From the IMG/VR virus record IMGVR_UViG_3300005660_000003, positions 74,261 through 117,774 of that record: 43,514 nt of DNA. The stretch is one strand, 5' to 3'. Positions 1 through 8,006 of the stretch are shown in pieces. Origin of the DNA: a virus (Duplodnaviria; Heunggongvirae; Uroviricota; Caudoviricetes). Numbering within the stretch: position 1 is the stretch's first letter; each line of letters opens with the position of its first letter. A program made the position numbers and the translations under genes. The notes below the pieces were generated by a model. The model had not been told where the DNA came from. It did not search any database and worked only from the letters and a program-made list of their open reading frames with translations.

Positions 1-857
1 TTTGCGAGAGACTGTCTGGGCATAATGGGCTGATTTGGCCCCTCAAAACCCACTACCTCAAAGTAGACGTGCATATGATCGTCAAGATAAGGGAAAATCT
101 TAGCAATAGCTTTATCTCGCAAATCCTGAGGATGGTAAGATTTATCGTTTTTCTTATTGTTCAGAACCACCCTACGTGTCCCATTTAAGATTACCAACTC
201 CCTATTGTCTACTTTTACCCATTTACTTACAATCTTCTCCCACCACTTAAGCGGGCGGAATTGGTAATTTTTGGCAACTCTTTGACTTGTTCCCTCCATC
301 TTATTTGTAATAATAATCTCATCACCAGCCTTGAAGCTTTTCAAATTGTACTTAAATTGTTCGGTATCTTTATGTTCAGGAAACAGGTAGACGAATTTCT
401 CGGACTTACGTAAAGCTTTTTTGCTTGAAGTTTTAGGCGGATTGCGAGCAGAAAAATACTTGTTACAAATTGAAATATTATTCCATATATCCAGAGTATC
501 ACCCTCTTTAAGCGTGGATACATCCCCACCCAACTTCTCTAGCGAAGCTACACTTATCCAAAATCCGTGAGATTTAACACCCCTAAAGGTTTGAAGTCTA
601 ACCCTGCGATTTATATCAAACATTCCTCCGGCAGGTTTACCCGACGCATCCTTGCGTCTAATTAAATCATTTGCCTCAGCAAATTCTTTTGATAACTGCA
701 ATTCACAAGGAAAGTATAAGCCGAGTGTACCACTCTGGATATTGATGCCGCAGATTACCGTTTCATTACATACGGTGCCCACAGCAAGGGAGTGTACTTC
801 CTTGTCAGGGTGTGGGGTTACAATTATACGAGACACTATTGCTTTGTGTATAGACAC
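1..857 (-). CDS. ATP-dependent RNA ligase (Rnl2/DRB0094-like), 3' end runs off the window
   Basis: Absent from the ORF track; translated by hand from GTG at 857 (AAAGGA upstream) with no stop down to base 1. MSIHKAIVSRIIVTPHPDKEVHSLAVGTV...RRVRLQTFRGVKSHGFW...FPEHKDTEQFKYN...EIIITNKMEGTSQR (nucleotidyltransferase motif I, KxxGTS)...NGTRRVVL...VYFEVVGF (motif III)...PIMP. Confidence 0.85.
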   Translation of the reverse strand, partial: MSIHKAIVSRIIVTPHPDKEVHSLAVGTVCNETVICGINIQSGTLGLYFPCELQLSKEFAEANDLIRRKDASGKPAGGMFDINRRVRLQTFRGVKSHGFWISVASLEKLGGDVSTLKEGDTLDIWNNISICNKYFSARNPPKTSSKKALRKSEKFVYLFPEHKDTEQFKYNLKSFKAGDEIIITNKMEGTSQRVAKNYQFRPLKWWEKIVSKWVKVDNRELVILNGTRRVVLNNKKNDKSYHPQDLRDKAIAKIFPYLDDHMHVYFEVVGFEGPNQPIMPRQSLA

Positions 858-870
858 GGGAAATCCTTTG

Positions 871-1101
871 TTAAAATATTCTCACCACTTGGTGAGTATT
901 ACCTGAGTCAATTGTCCGCCATTCAATAACTTTACCAAACCCATCTTTTTCTTCTATAACTGATTGAAGTTCACATGCAGCTGATTCAAATACGTCAATA
1001 TCAAGAGTTTGTACAACTACTGGAGTTGCCCCACCTAGAGTAGCTACACCCTTGAGTTCATTTAGTCTAGCAATAAGTTCGTCTATTGTAAACGTATACA
1101 A
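871..1101 (-). CDS. hypothetical protein (76 aa)
   Basis: ORF track; same strand and tight packing as its neighbours. Confidence 0.6.
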   Translation of the reverse strand: MYTFTIDELIARLNELKGVATLGGATPVVVQTLDIDVFESAACELQSVIEEKDGFGKVIEWRTIDSGNTHQVVRIF

Positions 1102-1103
1102 GC

Positions 1104-1256
1104 CTATTCCTCTACCTCTGGTGTATTATTTATTCTTTTCTCTCTTTTGTCTTTATGGAATCCTGAGCCCAAACCCCTAGGTTTTTTGGGCTTTCTGAGT
1201 TTAGCTCCCTCAATTACTATTTTAGTTTTGCCCTTCTTTTTCCGCCCCAAAGTCAA
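1104..1256 (-). CDS. small basic hypothetical protein (50 aa)
   Basis: Hand-read: AGGAGA then TTG at 1256, MTLGRKKKGKTKIVIEGAKLRKPKKPRGLGSGFHKDKREKRINNTPEVEE*; fills the gap between the tRNA-like element and the next gene. Confidence 0.5.
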   Translation of the reverse strand: MTLGRKKKGKTKIVIEGAKLRKPKKPRGLGSGFHKDKREKRINNTPEVEE

Positions 1257-1315
1257 TCTCCTGTGATTATTTTCTTTGACAATTTGGATAGAGATGCACT
1301 CATCTTCTTTTTAAA

Positions 1316-1382
1316 CGACCTAGACAGAATTCGAATCTGTATTTCCCCGCTAAGGGCGTTCTACCAATTGAACCACTAGGCC
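1316..1382 (-). tRNA. tRNA-like element with truncated anticodon arm (67 nt; pseudo-tRNA)
   Basis: GGCCTAG-TG-GTTC AATTGGTA GAAC-G-CCC TTAGC GGG-GAAAT-ACAGA TTCGAAT TCTGT-CTAGGTC-G. Acceptor, D and T arms are canonical; the anticodon arm is only 3 bp plus a 5-nt loop. Confidence 0.7.
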
Positions 1383-1390
1383 ACCATTGC

Positions 1391-2509
1391 TCACTTACCA
1401 AAAGTTGGCATTTTCCCACCATTCATCATCATCATCATAACAAGTGGATTCATGGTTCCGCCCTGCTGCGTCATCAGCATAAACGGCAGCATCTTCTCCA
1501 TATCTACACCGCCTTCTTTACCGCCGCCCATCATCATAAGCATCATTGGGTCCATTGGTGCCCCACCATTTTGACCCTGCATCATCATAAGCGGCAGTAA
1601 CATATTGTTATCTGCTCCTTCTCCGCTCATCATCATCATAGCCAATAATGCATTATTACCACCATTTTGGCCCTGACTCATCAACATCAAAGGCAATAGC
1701 ATGTTCTTCATGTTCTTCTTATCTCCCAAAAAGTTTTTAACCGAAAGTACTGAGTTTCCGCCCAACAATAGGCTATCTTGCACAGACAGAGCAACCTTTT
1801 TTCCACTATCTGTTTCAATTCCTGTAATTTCAACATTTTCTGTACTACCATCCTTATCCACTGATAAGAAGTATAGCCAATTTTCATCAGAGTTTGCGTC
1901 TTTGATGATAACAACATCGCCTTGTTTCAGGTCTGTTATTTCTGTACGTACAGCATACGCGGGAACCTTATGACCAAATTGGGCAATTTCACACAAGGAA
2001 ATACTTGGTTTGCTTTTTGCTGTTTTGGGCGGTTCAAATACTGAAAACTTGTCATTGTTTGAGTTTTTAACACCCAACAACCCCTTTGATAGATCATATA
2101 TACAACGATCTACTTGTCGAATAAAATCTTCTGGGTTAATAAGTGAATCTGAAGCAACTGTATTTTGTACCATACCTTTTCCTTCTTTCTGTTCTTCTAA
2201 AACAAGACAAGAACAGTCGAGAAATAGTGTAAATTCCTCCTGATTTTCGTTTAAAACATAATAAGTACCACCTTCTACAGAACAGGATCTGCCGCTATGT
2301 ATAAAGACTTCCCCATCTTCTACCTCAGATATCTTTTTACTTTGTAATCTGATAACTTTTTCATATCTCAGCTTTCTATCCGGTCCAAAGTGATTTTCGT
2401 AAGAGTCTGTGTCCCCAGATGAATTAGTGTAAGATCCATCACTGTTTCTATAGTATATAGAATGTTCGTACATAAATGCTGTACCACATGGAATTGTGCA
2501 AATTTTCAT
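1391..2509 (-). CDS. hypothetical protein with Met/Gly-rich repetitive C-terminus
   Basis: ORF track, 372 aa; C-terminal repeats of the type LLPLMMM-x-GQNGG and a MMMMM run. Confidence 0.8.
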   Translation of the reverse strand: MKICTIPCGTAFMYEHSIYYRNSDGSYTNSSGDTDSYENHFGPDRKLRYEKVIRLQSKKISEVEDGEVFIHSGRSCSVEGGTYYVLNENQEEFTLFLDCSCLVLEEQKEGKGMVQNTVASDSLINPEDFIRQVDRCIYDLSKGLLGVKNSNNDKFSVFEPPKTAKSKPSISLCEIAQFGHKVPAYAVRTEITDLKQGDVVIIKDANSDENWLYFLSVDKDGSTENVEITGIETDSGKKVALSVQDSLLLGGNSVLSVKNFLGDKKNMKNMLLPLMLMSQGQNGGNNALLAMMMMSGEGADNNMLLPLMMMQGQNGGAPMDPMMLMMMGGGKEGGVDMEKMLPFMLMTQQGGTMNPLVMMMMMNGGKMPTFGK

Positions 2510-3075
2510 ATTGTAATAACCTCCAACATTTTTTCAAAAGAAGAAAAAACCTTTTCTATTTCAAAAGTAGAATCAAAAACCCTACATTCCCAATGATCTT
2601 CGCATAGTTGACGTAAAGCTGAAGCCTTGGTGTTAAAAGTGGTAATACTTCCGCAGTGCTTTAACCTTTTGGGACTTGGGTTACCTAAGGTTAATAATTT
2701 GGCAGAAATTTCTCCCAACTTTCTATCATTTAGAAAACAAAGGTAAGAAAAGCTTGGCCCACTGAAATGGAAGTGCAGACCTGAGGTTTGTGTTATTACA
2801 CAAGGCACAGCCTTCAGCTGTGCAAGAAGGGAAGAGAGAATAAGTTGCGGAAATACGTCGAACTTGGGCGACCTTAACTCCATCCCAATAAATTTAGCGT
2901 CAGAGGCACTGAAGTCCTCGCTGATATTCCAACTATCCTGCGGGAAATAAATACTATCCGCACCTAATTCTACCTCTAATTGTTCACACAGAAATAGGTC
3001 GGGTTTCTTTGAACCAAACTCAAGCTCAATACCAAAGTGGTCTAACAAGAAGATCTCCTTAGTCAACCTCTTCAA
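2506..3075 (-). CDS. putative amidoligase-family protein
   Basis: Motifs FGIELEF, MELRSP and TSGLHFH match the COOH-NH2 ligase/amidoligase fold seen in phages. Confidence 0.65.
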   Translation of the reverse strand: MKRLTKEIFLLDHFGIELEFGSKKPDLFLCEQLEVELGADSIYFPQDSWNISEDFSASDAKFIGMELRSPKFDVFPQLILSSLLAQLKAVPCVITQTSGLHFHFSGPSFSYLCFLNDRKLGEISAKLLTLGNPSPKRLKHCGSITTFNTKASALRQLCEDHWECRVFDSTFEIEKVFSSFEKMLEVITI

Positions 3076-3259
3076 AAGAAGGTTTGTTGTTTCTCCTACC
3101 TTTTTGTGGCAACTTTATCCTTTTTTCAAGATCTCGATCAGGCCGCTTACGGGCAAACTTTTCTTTACGTTTACCCTTACGGTCTATCTCTGGCTTCTCT
3201 TCTTCTCTGTCTTCTCTAAACACTTGATCCAAATCCTTCCAAAATACATGTACCATCAA
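3059..3259 (-). CDS. hypothetical basic protein
   Basis: ORF track; overlaps both neighbours in operon fashion. Confidence 0.5.
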   Translation of the reverse strand: MMVHVFWKDLDQVFREDREEEKPEIDRKGKRKEKFARKRPDRDLEKRIKLPQKGRRNNKPSFEEVD

Positions 3260-3662
3260 GAGCTGCTTTTATAGCAAAATAAATGCCTCTGGATTTAAAA
3301 AAGTTCTCATTTTTTCCAAAGTTATACTTACCTTTGTAAGTATCTCCCGTTGCTGTAGTAAGTACTACTCTTGTAAATCCCGCATGTGCTAGGACAAATT
3401 CTCCGTAGCAAGAATCTTCTGTTAACCCCTCAGAGTAAATTATATCAATTTCGTGCTTAAGAACTTTTGTAAATTCTTTTCTTGAAAGTACGCTATCTTC
3501 TTCACCAGTATCTGGATCAATAACAACTAACCCGCCAACAGGTCTGCCGTGTGTTATATCCAGAGTTATTCCTCTAGAATTTAAGTATTCTTGCACCCCT
3601 TTTGCTACAGCACGTAGTGGGTGTGGATTTCTTCGAGTTTTTCGTTCTTCAACAAGACTCAT
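3216..3662 (-). CDS. hypothetical protein (148 aa)
   Basis: ORF track; overlaps the tilS stop region. Confidence 0.6.
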   Translation of the reverse strand: MSLVEERKTRRNPHPLRAVAKGVQEYLNSRGITLDITHGRPVGGLVVIDPDTGEEDSVLSRKEFTKVLKHEIDIIYSEGLTEDSCYGEFVLAHAGFTRVVLTTATGDTYKGKYNFGKNENFFKSRGIYFAIKAALDGTCILEGFGSSV

Positions 3663-4212
3663 GACTACTTCCTTTGGTTAAGTTATAAGGGTTTATTCCA
3701 CAAGCCCGCATAAGCGGGATTAATTCATTACGAATTTTACTTCGTCTATTGCTAGATGTTAAATTGGTAGGATCATCAAGCCATATCAATCTGTGTCTTT
3801 GGGCGTACTCAACAATTTCTGACTTCTTAGCGTTAATAAAAGGGCGTAGGATATTACCATTTATTAGGGCAATTTGGCTTCCTCTCATTAAATAAGATTC
3901 TAAAGAATCATCTTCGTGGTGGGCGGTTAATACCAGTGTACCTTGAGTCTGCATTATGTTGTTACGCCACTCTGCCCAAGCATACTCCGTGTGCTCACTA
4001 CCATTATAAGTATAGGTCTTAAACACAATTCCCGCCCGCAAACAGCACACTTCAACTAAGTTGCGTGCCCGTTTACCATATGGGGTTCCGTGATCAAAAT
4101 GAATAACCTTAACCTTCTTTTTCCCACAGCGGGCAAAGTTTAGTAGGCTCATAGAGTCTACACCACCAGATACTGCTACAATGCAATTATTCGGGATTTT
4201 GCAGACTAACAT
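3649..4212 (-). CDS. tilS: tRNA(Ile)-lysidine synthetase, catalytic N-terminal domain only (187 aa)
   Basis: PP-loop VAVSGGVDS, HFDHG, TAHHEDD, ILRPF, WLDDPTN and RSKIRNELIP in TilS order; the C-terminal tRNA-binding domains are absent. Confidence 0.85.
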   Translation of the reverse strand: MLVCKIPNNCIVAVSGGVDSMSLLNFARCGKKKVKVIHFDHGTPYGKRARNLVEVCCLRAGIVFKTYTYNGSEHTEYAWAEWRNNIMQTQGTLVLTAHHEDDSLESYLMRGSQIALINGNILRPFINAKKSEIVEYAQRHRLIWLDDPTNLTSSNRRSKIRNELIPLMRACGINPYNLTKGSSHESC

Positions 4213-4501
4213 TCATCTCTTCTGTCAAAAGAAAAGTGGAAAAAGCATTTCTATCCTTAGTGGCTTGATGGTAACCCTCAACATACTTTAGGTTGTGGGC
4301 ATTGTCATACCCATCTTTCAAGCCTTATTCGTAAGTCTTGTTGCTCATTTTCTCGGACAATTGGTTGGCATAATCTGCCAACTGGTCCTCTAAAATTTCT
4401 GCACGGATAGACAATATCCTATTTTCGTTGTGGTCCAAAACAATTACGTGGGCAATAACAGTAAAAGCCGCAACACATAACGCTACAACAAGATTCTTCA
4501 T
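4187..4501 (-). pseudogene. N-terminally hydrophobic phage protein interrupted by one in-frame TAA (4325-4327)
   Basis: MKNLVVALCVAAFTVIAHVIVLD...SNKTYE*GLKDGYDNAHNLKYVEGYHQATKD...; the same frame stays open to the TAA at 4187-4189. Confidence 0.5.
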
Positions 4502-4692
4502 ACAAGTACCTCAAAATAGGTTTCAGAAAGATACATCATTAGGTCTGCAAAATTATCAAAAGACGCTACAGCGTCATACACCTCTTTAAATTGCGTCAGC
4601 AACACTTCTTTTGCCCAAACAAAAGGCGTGGCATCAAATGGTCCACCATAATATATTAAATGAACAAAGTTAACATACTCTTCGTGCGTCAA
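4498..4692 (-). CDS. hypothetical protein (64 aa)
   Basis: ORF track; GGAGAA RBS; ATGA overlap with the next gene. Confidence 0.6.
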   Translation of the reverse strand: MTHEEYVNFVHLIYYGGPFDATPFVWAKEVLLTQFKEVYDAVASFDNFADLMMYLSETYFEVLV

Positions 4693-4701
4693 GGTATTCT
4701 C

Positions 4702-4863
4702 CTAAACTTTCTGTACATAAACAAGGGTTACGTCTTCCAAAACTCTATATTTCCCGTCCGTGCCCCACCTCATTTCATTAATTTTGTGGTAATACGGTGT
4801 AGTAAGTGTTAAAACTTGTCCTTGAAACTTTCCAATTATATATAACACTCTATACTTACGCAA
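4702..4863 (-). CDS. hypothetical protein (53 aa)
   Basis: Hand-read: AGGAGAAGG RBS, TTG start, MRKYRVLYIIGKFQGQVLTLTTPYYHKINEMRWGTDGKYRVLEDVTLVYVQKV*. Confidence 0.5.
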   Translation of the reverse strand: MRKYRVLYIIGKFQGQVLTLTTPYYHKINEMRWGTDGKYRVLEDVTLVYVQKV

Positions 4864-4874
4864 GGACCTTCTCC

Positions 4875-5357
4875 TTAACCATTCTCAGAAATAAATGCGG
4901 GATATATTTTCTTGCGAACATACTCCACTCTTTTTCCTACGGTTTGTCTAATTTCCCCTAACTGTTTGGCAATGTCCGTTTCACCCATCCCTTTAAATTT
5001 GAGCTCAAACACTTTTCTTTACACGGGTGAGAGCATTGATAATAATTTATCCCTAAGCTCTAATATTTCAAGAGTGTGTGAAGGATTAACTTCTTCACCA
5101 ACATCTCTATATTCATGTGAGGTTATCCTAATCCTTTTCTTTTCACTTAGCCTGCCCATCGCCCATTGACAATTTCTACCTATGTAGGTAGTGATTGATA
5201 AATTTAAGACTTTGTTGCTTTTCAAAATTAGCAGGGCAACTTCTTGTACGAAGTCTTCAGCCTCAATGAATTTACTATAACCAAACTTACTATGGAAATA
5301 GCAGACTAGTCGCTCAAAATCTTCGTGAGCTAAGACTTCTCGTGGTGTTACATTCAT
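4875..5357 (-). pseudogene. ECF-like sigma factor (regions 2 and 4) interrupted by in-frame TAA at 5019-5021
   Basis: Region 2-like AEDFVQEVALLILK...TYIGRNCQW. After the stop the same frame continues LSPV*RKVFELKFKGMGETDIAKQLGEIRQTVGKRVEYVRKKI (region 4 HTH) to the TAA at 4875. Confidence 0.75.
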
Positions 5358-5363
5358 GTGATC

Positions 5364-5984
5364 TTAGGTCCATAAACTATTGTAGTATTTTGCGAACAAC
5401 CTTCTGCCTTCGTCTATCCTTGCTTGATAAGCCTTAACACCTTCTTCATCTCTCTTGTATGTGTGAAGTGGGCCGATTTCAAGGGTTGAATAATTCGTTC
5501 CCTCTTGCTTTTTAAACTCCATGTCAAAATTGCCAGAGCAAAAGTTCTTCTCCCAATCAATAGTGTCTGATGTAAAAGCAAATATCATCTCATTAAGAAT
5601 GTAGTCCCATTTTGGACCTAAATCTTCATAAAGATTTTCGTGCTTTTCTACTTCTGGCGTTCTAAGCTCAATCGGAAGGTCTTCGTTGTATACATGTGGC
5701 CGCCCACTTTTATCTTCTTTCAATACAAGAAGCATCTTTAGGATAATGGGAGATAGGGTATTATCCATATTCCAAATATCCCACCCATCAATTTTAATGT
5801 AGTTTATGTTTGGGTGGATGAAATCCAGAACCTTTTGGAGGCCAGTTGAAAAGGGCTTTAGTAGATTATGCAACCTTTCGATCTTGGGTTCATCGTAATC
5901 TATTTCTCGCCAAAAGAAGGCTGCTTCCAGTAGTGTATATGGTGAAAAATAGTGATTACGCGGCTTGTTGATGTAAATCTTCAA
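5364..5984 (-). CDS. phage hypothetical protein (206 aa)
   Basis: ORF track; WDIWNMDNTL...WDYILNEMIFAF...LFAKYYNSLW resembles a common phage hypothetical family (recalled, not searched). Confidence 0.75.
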   Translation of the reverse strand: MKIYINKPRNHYFSPYTLLEAAFFWREIDYDEPKIERLHNLLKPFSTGLQKVLDFIHPNINYIKIDGWDIWNMDNTLSPIILKMLLVLKEDKSGRPHVYNEDLPIELRTPEVEKHENLYEDLGPKWDYILNEMIFAFTSDTIDWEKNFCSGNFDMEFKKQEGTNYSTLEIGPLHTYKRDEEGVKAYQARIDEGRRLFAKYYNSLWT

Positions 5985-6247
5985 GGGTTACCTCCGGTAA
6001 ACTTTTTTATCTTTTCTTTTGCTTTTTCGGCCATTTTCTCTCTTAGCTCTTCTATTGAGTCTCGCTTAAAATCAATAAAGGTAAAAGATGAACCGTCTTG
6101 CAACTCCCCATCATCCGTATACAAGCCAGCTCCGCTGTAAGCAAAAGCCAATAAGGCTCTTAAATTATAGTTTTCCTTAGCTATATCTGCCACTTCATCA
6201 CCATCTGACTTTGCACATGGACGATCACCTATATCGTATCTTTGCAA
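5981..6247 (-). CDS. hypothetical protein (88 aa)
   Basis: ORF track; AAGGAG RBS directly after a 7-bp hairpin. Confidence 0.7.
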   Translation of the reverse strand: MQRYDIGDRPCAKSDGDEVADIAKENYNLRALLAFAYSGAGLYTDDGELQDGSSFTFIDFKRDSIEELREKMAEKAKEKIKKFTGGNP

Positions 6248-6309
6248 AAGTGTGCTCCTTTTAGCAGCGTAGCTGCTACTCTTTCTCGGACAAAAGTACT
6301 AAGATTAAA

Positions 6310-6382
6310 TAGCCGCTACAGGGAATGATCCTGTCCTTACTTTTTAGAAGAAAGTCGTGCTCATCCTATACACTAAGCGGCC
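6310..6382 (-). tRNA. tRNA-Arg(UCU)
   Basis: GGCCGCT/AGCGGCT acceptor, D arm GTGT..GCAC, anticodon arm ACTTT-CT TCT AA-AAAGT, T stem ACAGG/CCTGT with atypical loop ATCATTC; no encoded CCA. Confidence 0.8.
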
Positions 6383-6499
6383 AATGATTACTACCTTTTC
6401 AAGGCTTCACAGAAGCTAATGTTATAGAGGTACATCTCTACAATAGAGGAAAGTGTAACACCAATTAAAAACCACAGAGGTGTTGATGTGCCAATTTAA

Positions 6500-6584
6500 T
6501 ACCGTAGAGAAGATTCGAACTTCCAGAAGGGTTTCCCCACAAACCGTCTTAAGCGGTTTCGCTCAGCCATTGGCGTACTACGGC
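6500..6584 (-). tRNA. tRNA-Leu(UAA), class II
   Basis: GCCGTAG/CTACGGT acceptor, AACCG-CT TAA GA-CGGTT, long variable arm (GGG GAAA CCC), TTCGAAT loop, discriminator A73. Confidence 0.9.
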
Positions 6585-6606
6585 AATTTACTACAGAAAG
6601 AAAAAG

Positions 6607-6972
6607 ATGTTTAGAAAAGAATACACTAACGAAGATATAATTAAATATGCGAAAGACTCATTAAGCTGTGCTCAACTATTAGAAAAATTAGGATTGCGAC
6701 CAGCTGGCGGCAATTATGCTACAATGAAACGAAAATTAGCAAAATTAAATATTGATTGTTCACATTGGAGTGGTCAAGCTTGGAATAGGGGTAAAAAGTT
6801 AAAAGGATGGGAAAATTACACAACCACGGGATCAATTAAAAAACATTTAATTAAACACCTAGGTCACAAATGTGAAGATTGCAAATTAACTCAGTGGAAA
6901 AACCAACCCATTTCTCTTGAAATACACCACGTTAATGGTGATCGCAAGAAGAACATCCCGGTCGGCCATTGA
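6607..6972 (+). pseudogene. HNH endonuclease, C-terminally truncated
   Basis: CEDC...LEIHHVNGDRKKN, then stop after IPVGH; the usual closing NL-x-x-LC-x-x-CH segment is missing. It is the only plausible plus-strand gene in this block. Confidence 0.7.
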
Positions 6973-6987
6973 GCTACTTCCCGGAAC

Positions 6988-7236
6988 CTAACCTCTTAAC
7001 TCTGCTTCCTTTGAAACTGATAAAGAGATAAGTGTCATATATTTTCGTTTTTCTTCAAGCTCTAATGTATTCCAAAAAGAATCTGGGTCATCATCAAATT
7101 CTTCTATTTTTTGGTGTAACCAAATCAGTTCATTATCGCTGGTTAATGCTAGAGGTCTATCACACACCATAACAATTGGATCTGGGTAACCTAATTCTAC
7201 AGCTTTATTTTGCTGTTCTTGTGTAAATTCTATCAT
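6988..7236 (-). CDS. hypothetical protein, paralog of 8543-8788
   Basis: Shared pattern KA-x-ELG(Y/F)-x-D...MV-x-DRPL...EL...N(T/S)L...(K/R)E-x-x-LR. Confidence 0.7.
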   Translation of the reverse strand: MIEFTQEQQNKAVELGYPDPIVMVCDRPLALTSDNELIWLHQKIEEFDDDPDSFWNTLELEEKRKYMTLISLSVSKEAELRG

Positions 7237-7667
7237 TGTATTTTCTCACTTATTCGTAAATGACTTTTAAGATGGGTTATTGGAAAATAATCATCAGCAT
7301 TTCTTGGATTAAGACATTCTGTGAAATCGGTCACAGACAAATTTAGGTATACAAAGAGACTAACCTGAAATAGTGTTACCACTATTATCACCACTCTATA
7401 TTTCGTATTGGCCAATATAGCTAAAATGCCCACCACAAGTATCGTTGTACAGGCTTTTAAAACTATAAAGCTATCCACGCCATAGGTGTGCATGATAAAA
7501 CCCGATAATGGATTTTCTTCACGCTCTAGGATTTGGTCACTGTATACAAGGGTCATATATACATCAAAAGTGCTGACTAATCCTGTGATTAGTATACAGA
7601 GAAGGTGTGCTCCCTTTAGTCGCATGATAATAACCATCCTATAAATAAAACACTGGGCCAAAACCAA
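7233..7667 (-). CDS. membrane protein (about three hydrophobic helices, EENPL motif, DUF5658-like); start uncertain
   Basis: Hydrophobic segments flank DVYMTL...EENPL...DSFIVLK. Confidence 0.55.
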   Translation of the reverse strand: MVLAQCFIYRMVIIMRLKGAHLLCILITGLVSTFDVYMTLVYSDQILEREENPLSGFIMHTYGVDSFIVLKACTTILVVGILAILANTKYRVVIIVVTLFQVSLFVYLNLSVTDFTECLNPRNADDYFPITHLKSHLRISEKIQ

Positions 7668-7942
7668 ACAAAAGTTTTTCCTAACTTAAATGTGGCCTCC
7701 ATTTTTTCATCCTCAGTTGCTCCCACTTGGACTGACAAGCCCTTAAAGCACCTAAAGACTAGTATTAGGGCAAATGCTTTTAGGTATGAAATTTCAATTA
7801 TACCAATAGTTGCTACATGCCAATTCCACAGTTTCATTAGCACAAAAGGTTGGAAAAAGATTCCGAACAAAATGAGTGGTAAGCACAATAGATACACAAG
7901 TCCTCGTGCTTGATCATCTGTTAATTCAACTTTGTTACTCAA
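7616..7942 (-). CDS. small membrane protein
   Basis: ORF track; hydrophobic helices LVYLLCLPLILFGIFF and FVWFWPSVLFIGWLL. Confidence 0.65.
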   Translation of the reverse strand: MSNKVELTDDQARGLVYLLCLPLILFGIFFQPFVLMKLWNWHVATIGIIEISYLKAFALILVFRCFKGLSVQVGATEDEKMEATFKLGKTFVWFWPSVLFIGWLLSCD

Positions 7943-8006
7943 AGTAAACTCCTGAAATGATTACAAGATTCACAATGAATCCTAGTTCTGTAGATTGTAC
8001 ATAATC

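Noticed and set aside
341-906. ORF-track calls 341-529 (-) and 652-906 (+)
   Set aside because: They are off-frame or antisense shadows of the RNA ligase gene.
5019-5030. Programmed -1 frameshift in the sigma gene
   Set aside because: On re-reading the bases, the region 4 sequence continues in the same frame after TAA, so it is a nonsense codon, not a frameshift.
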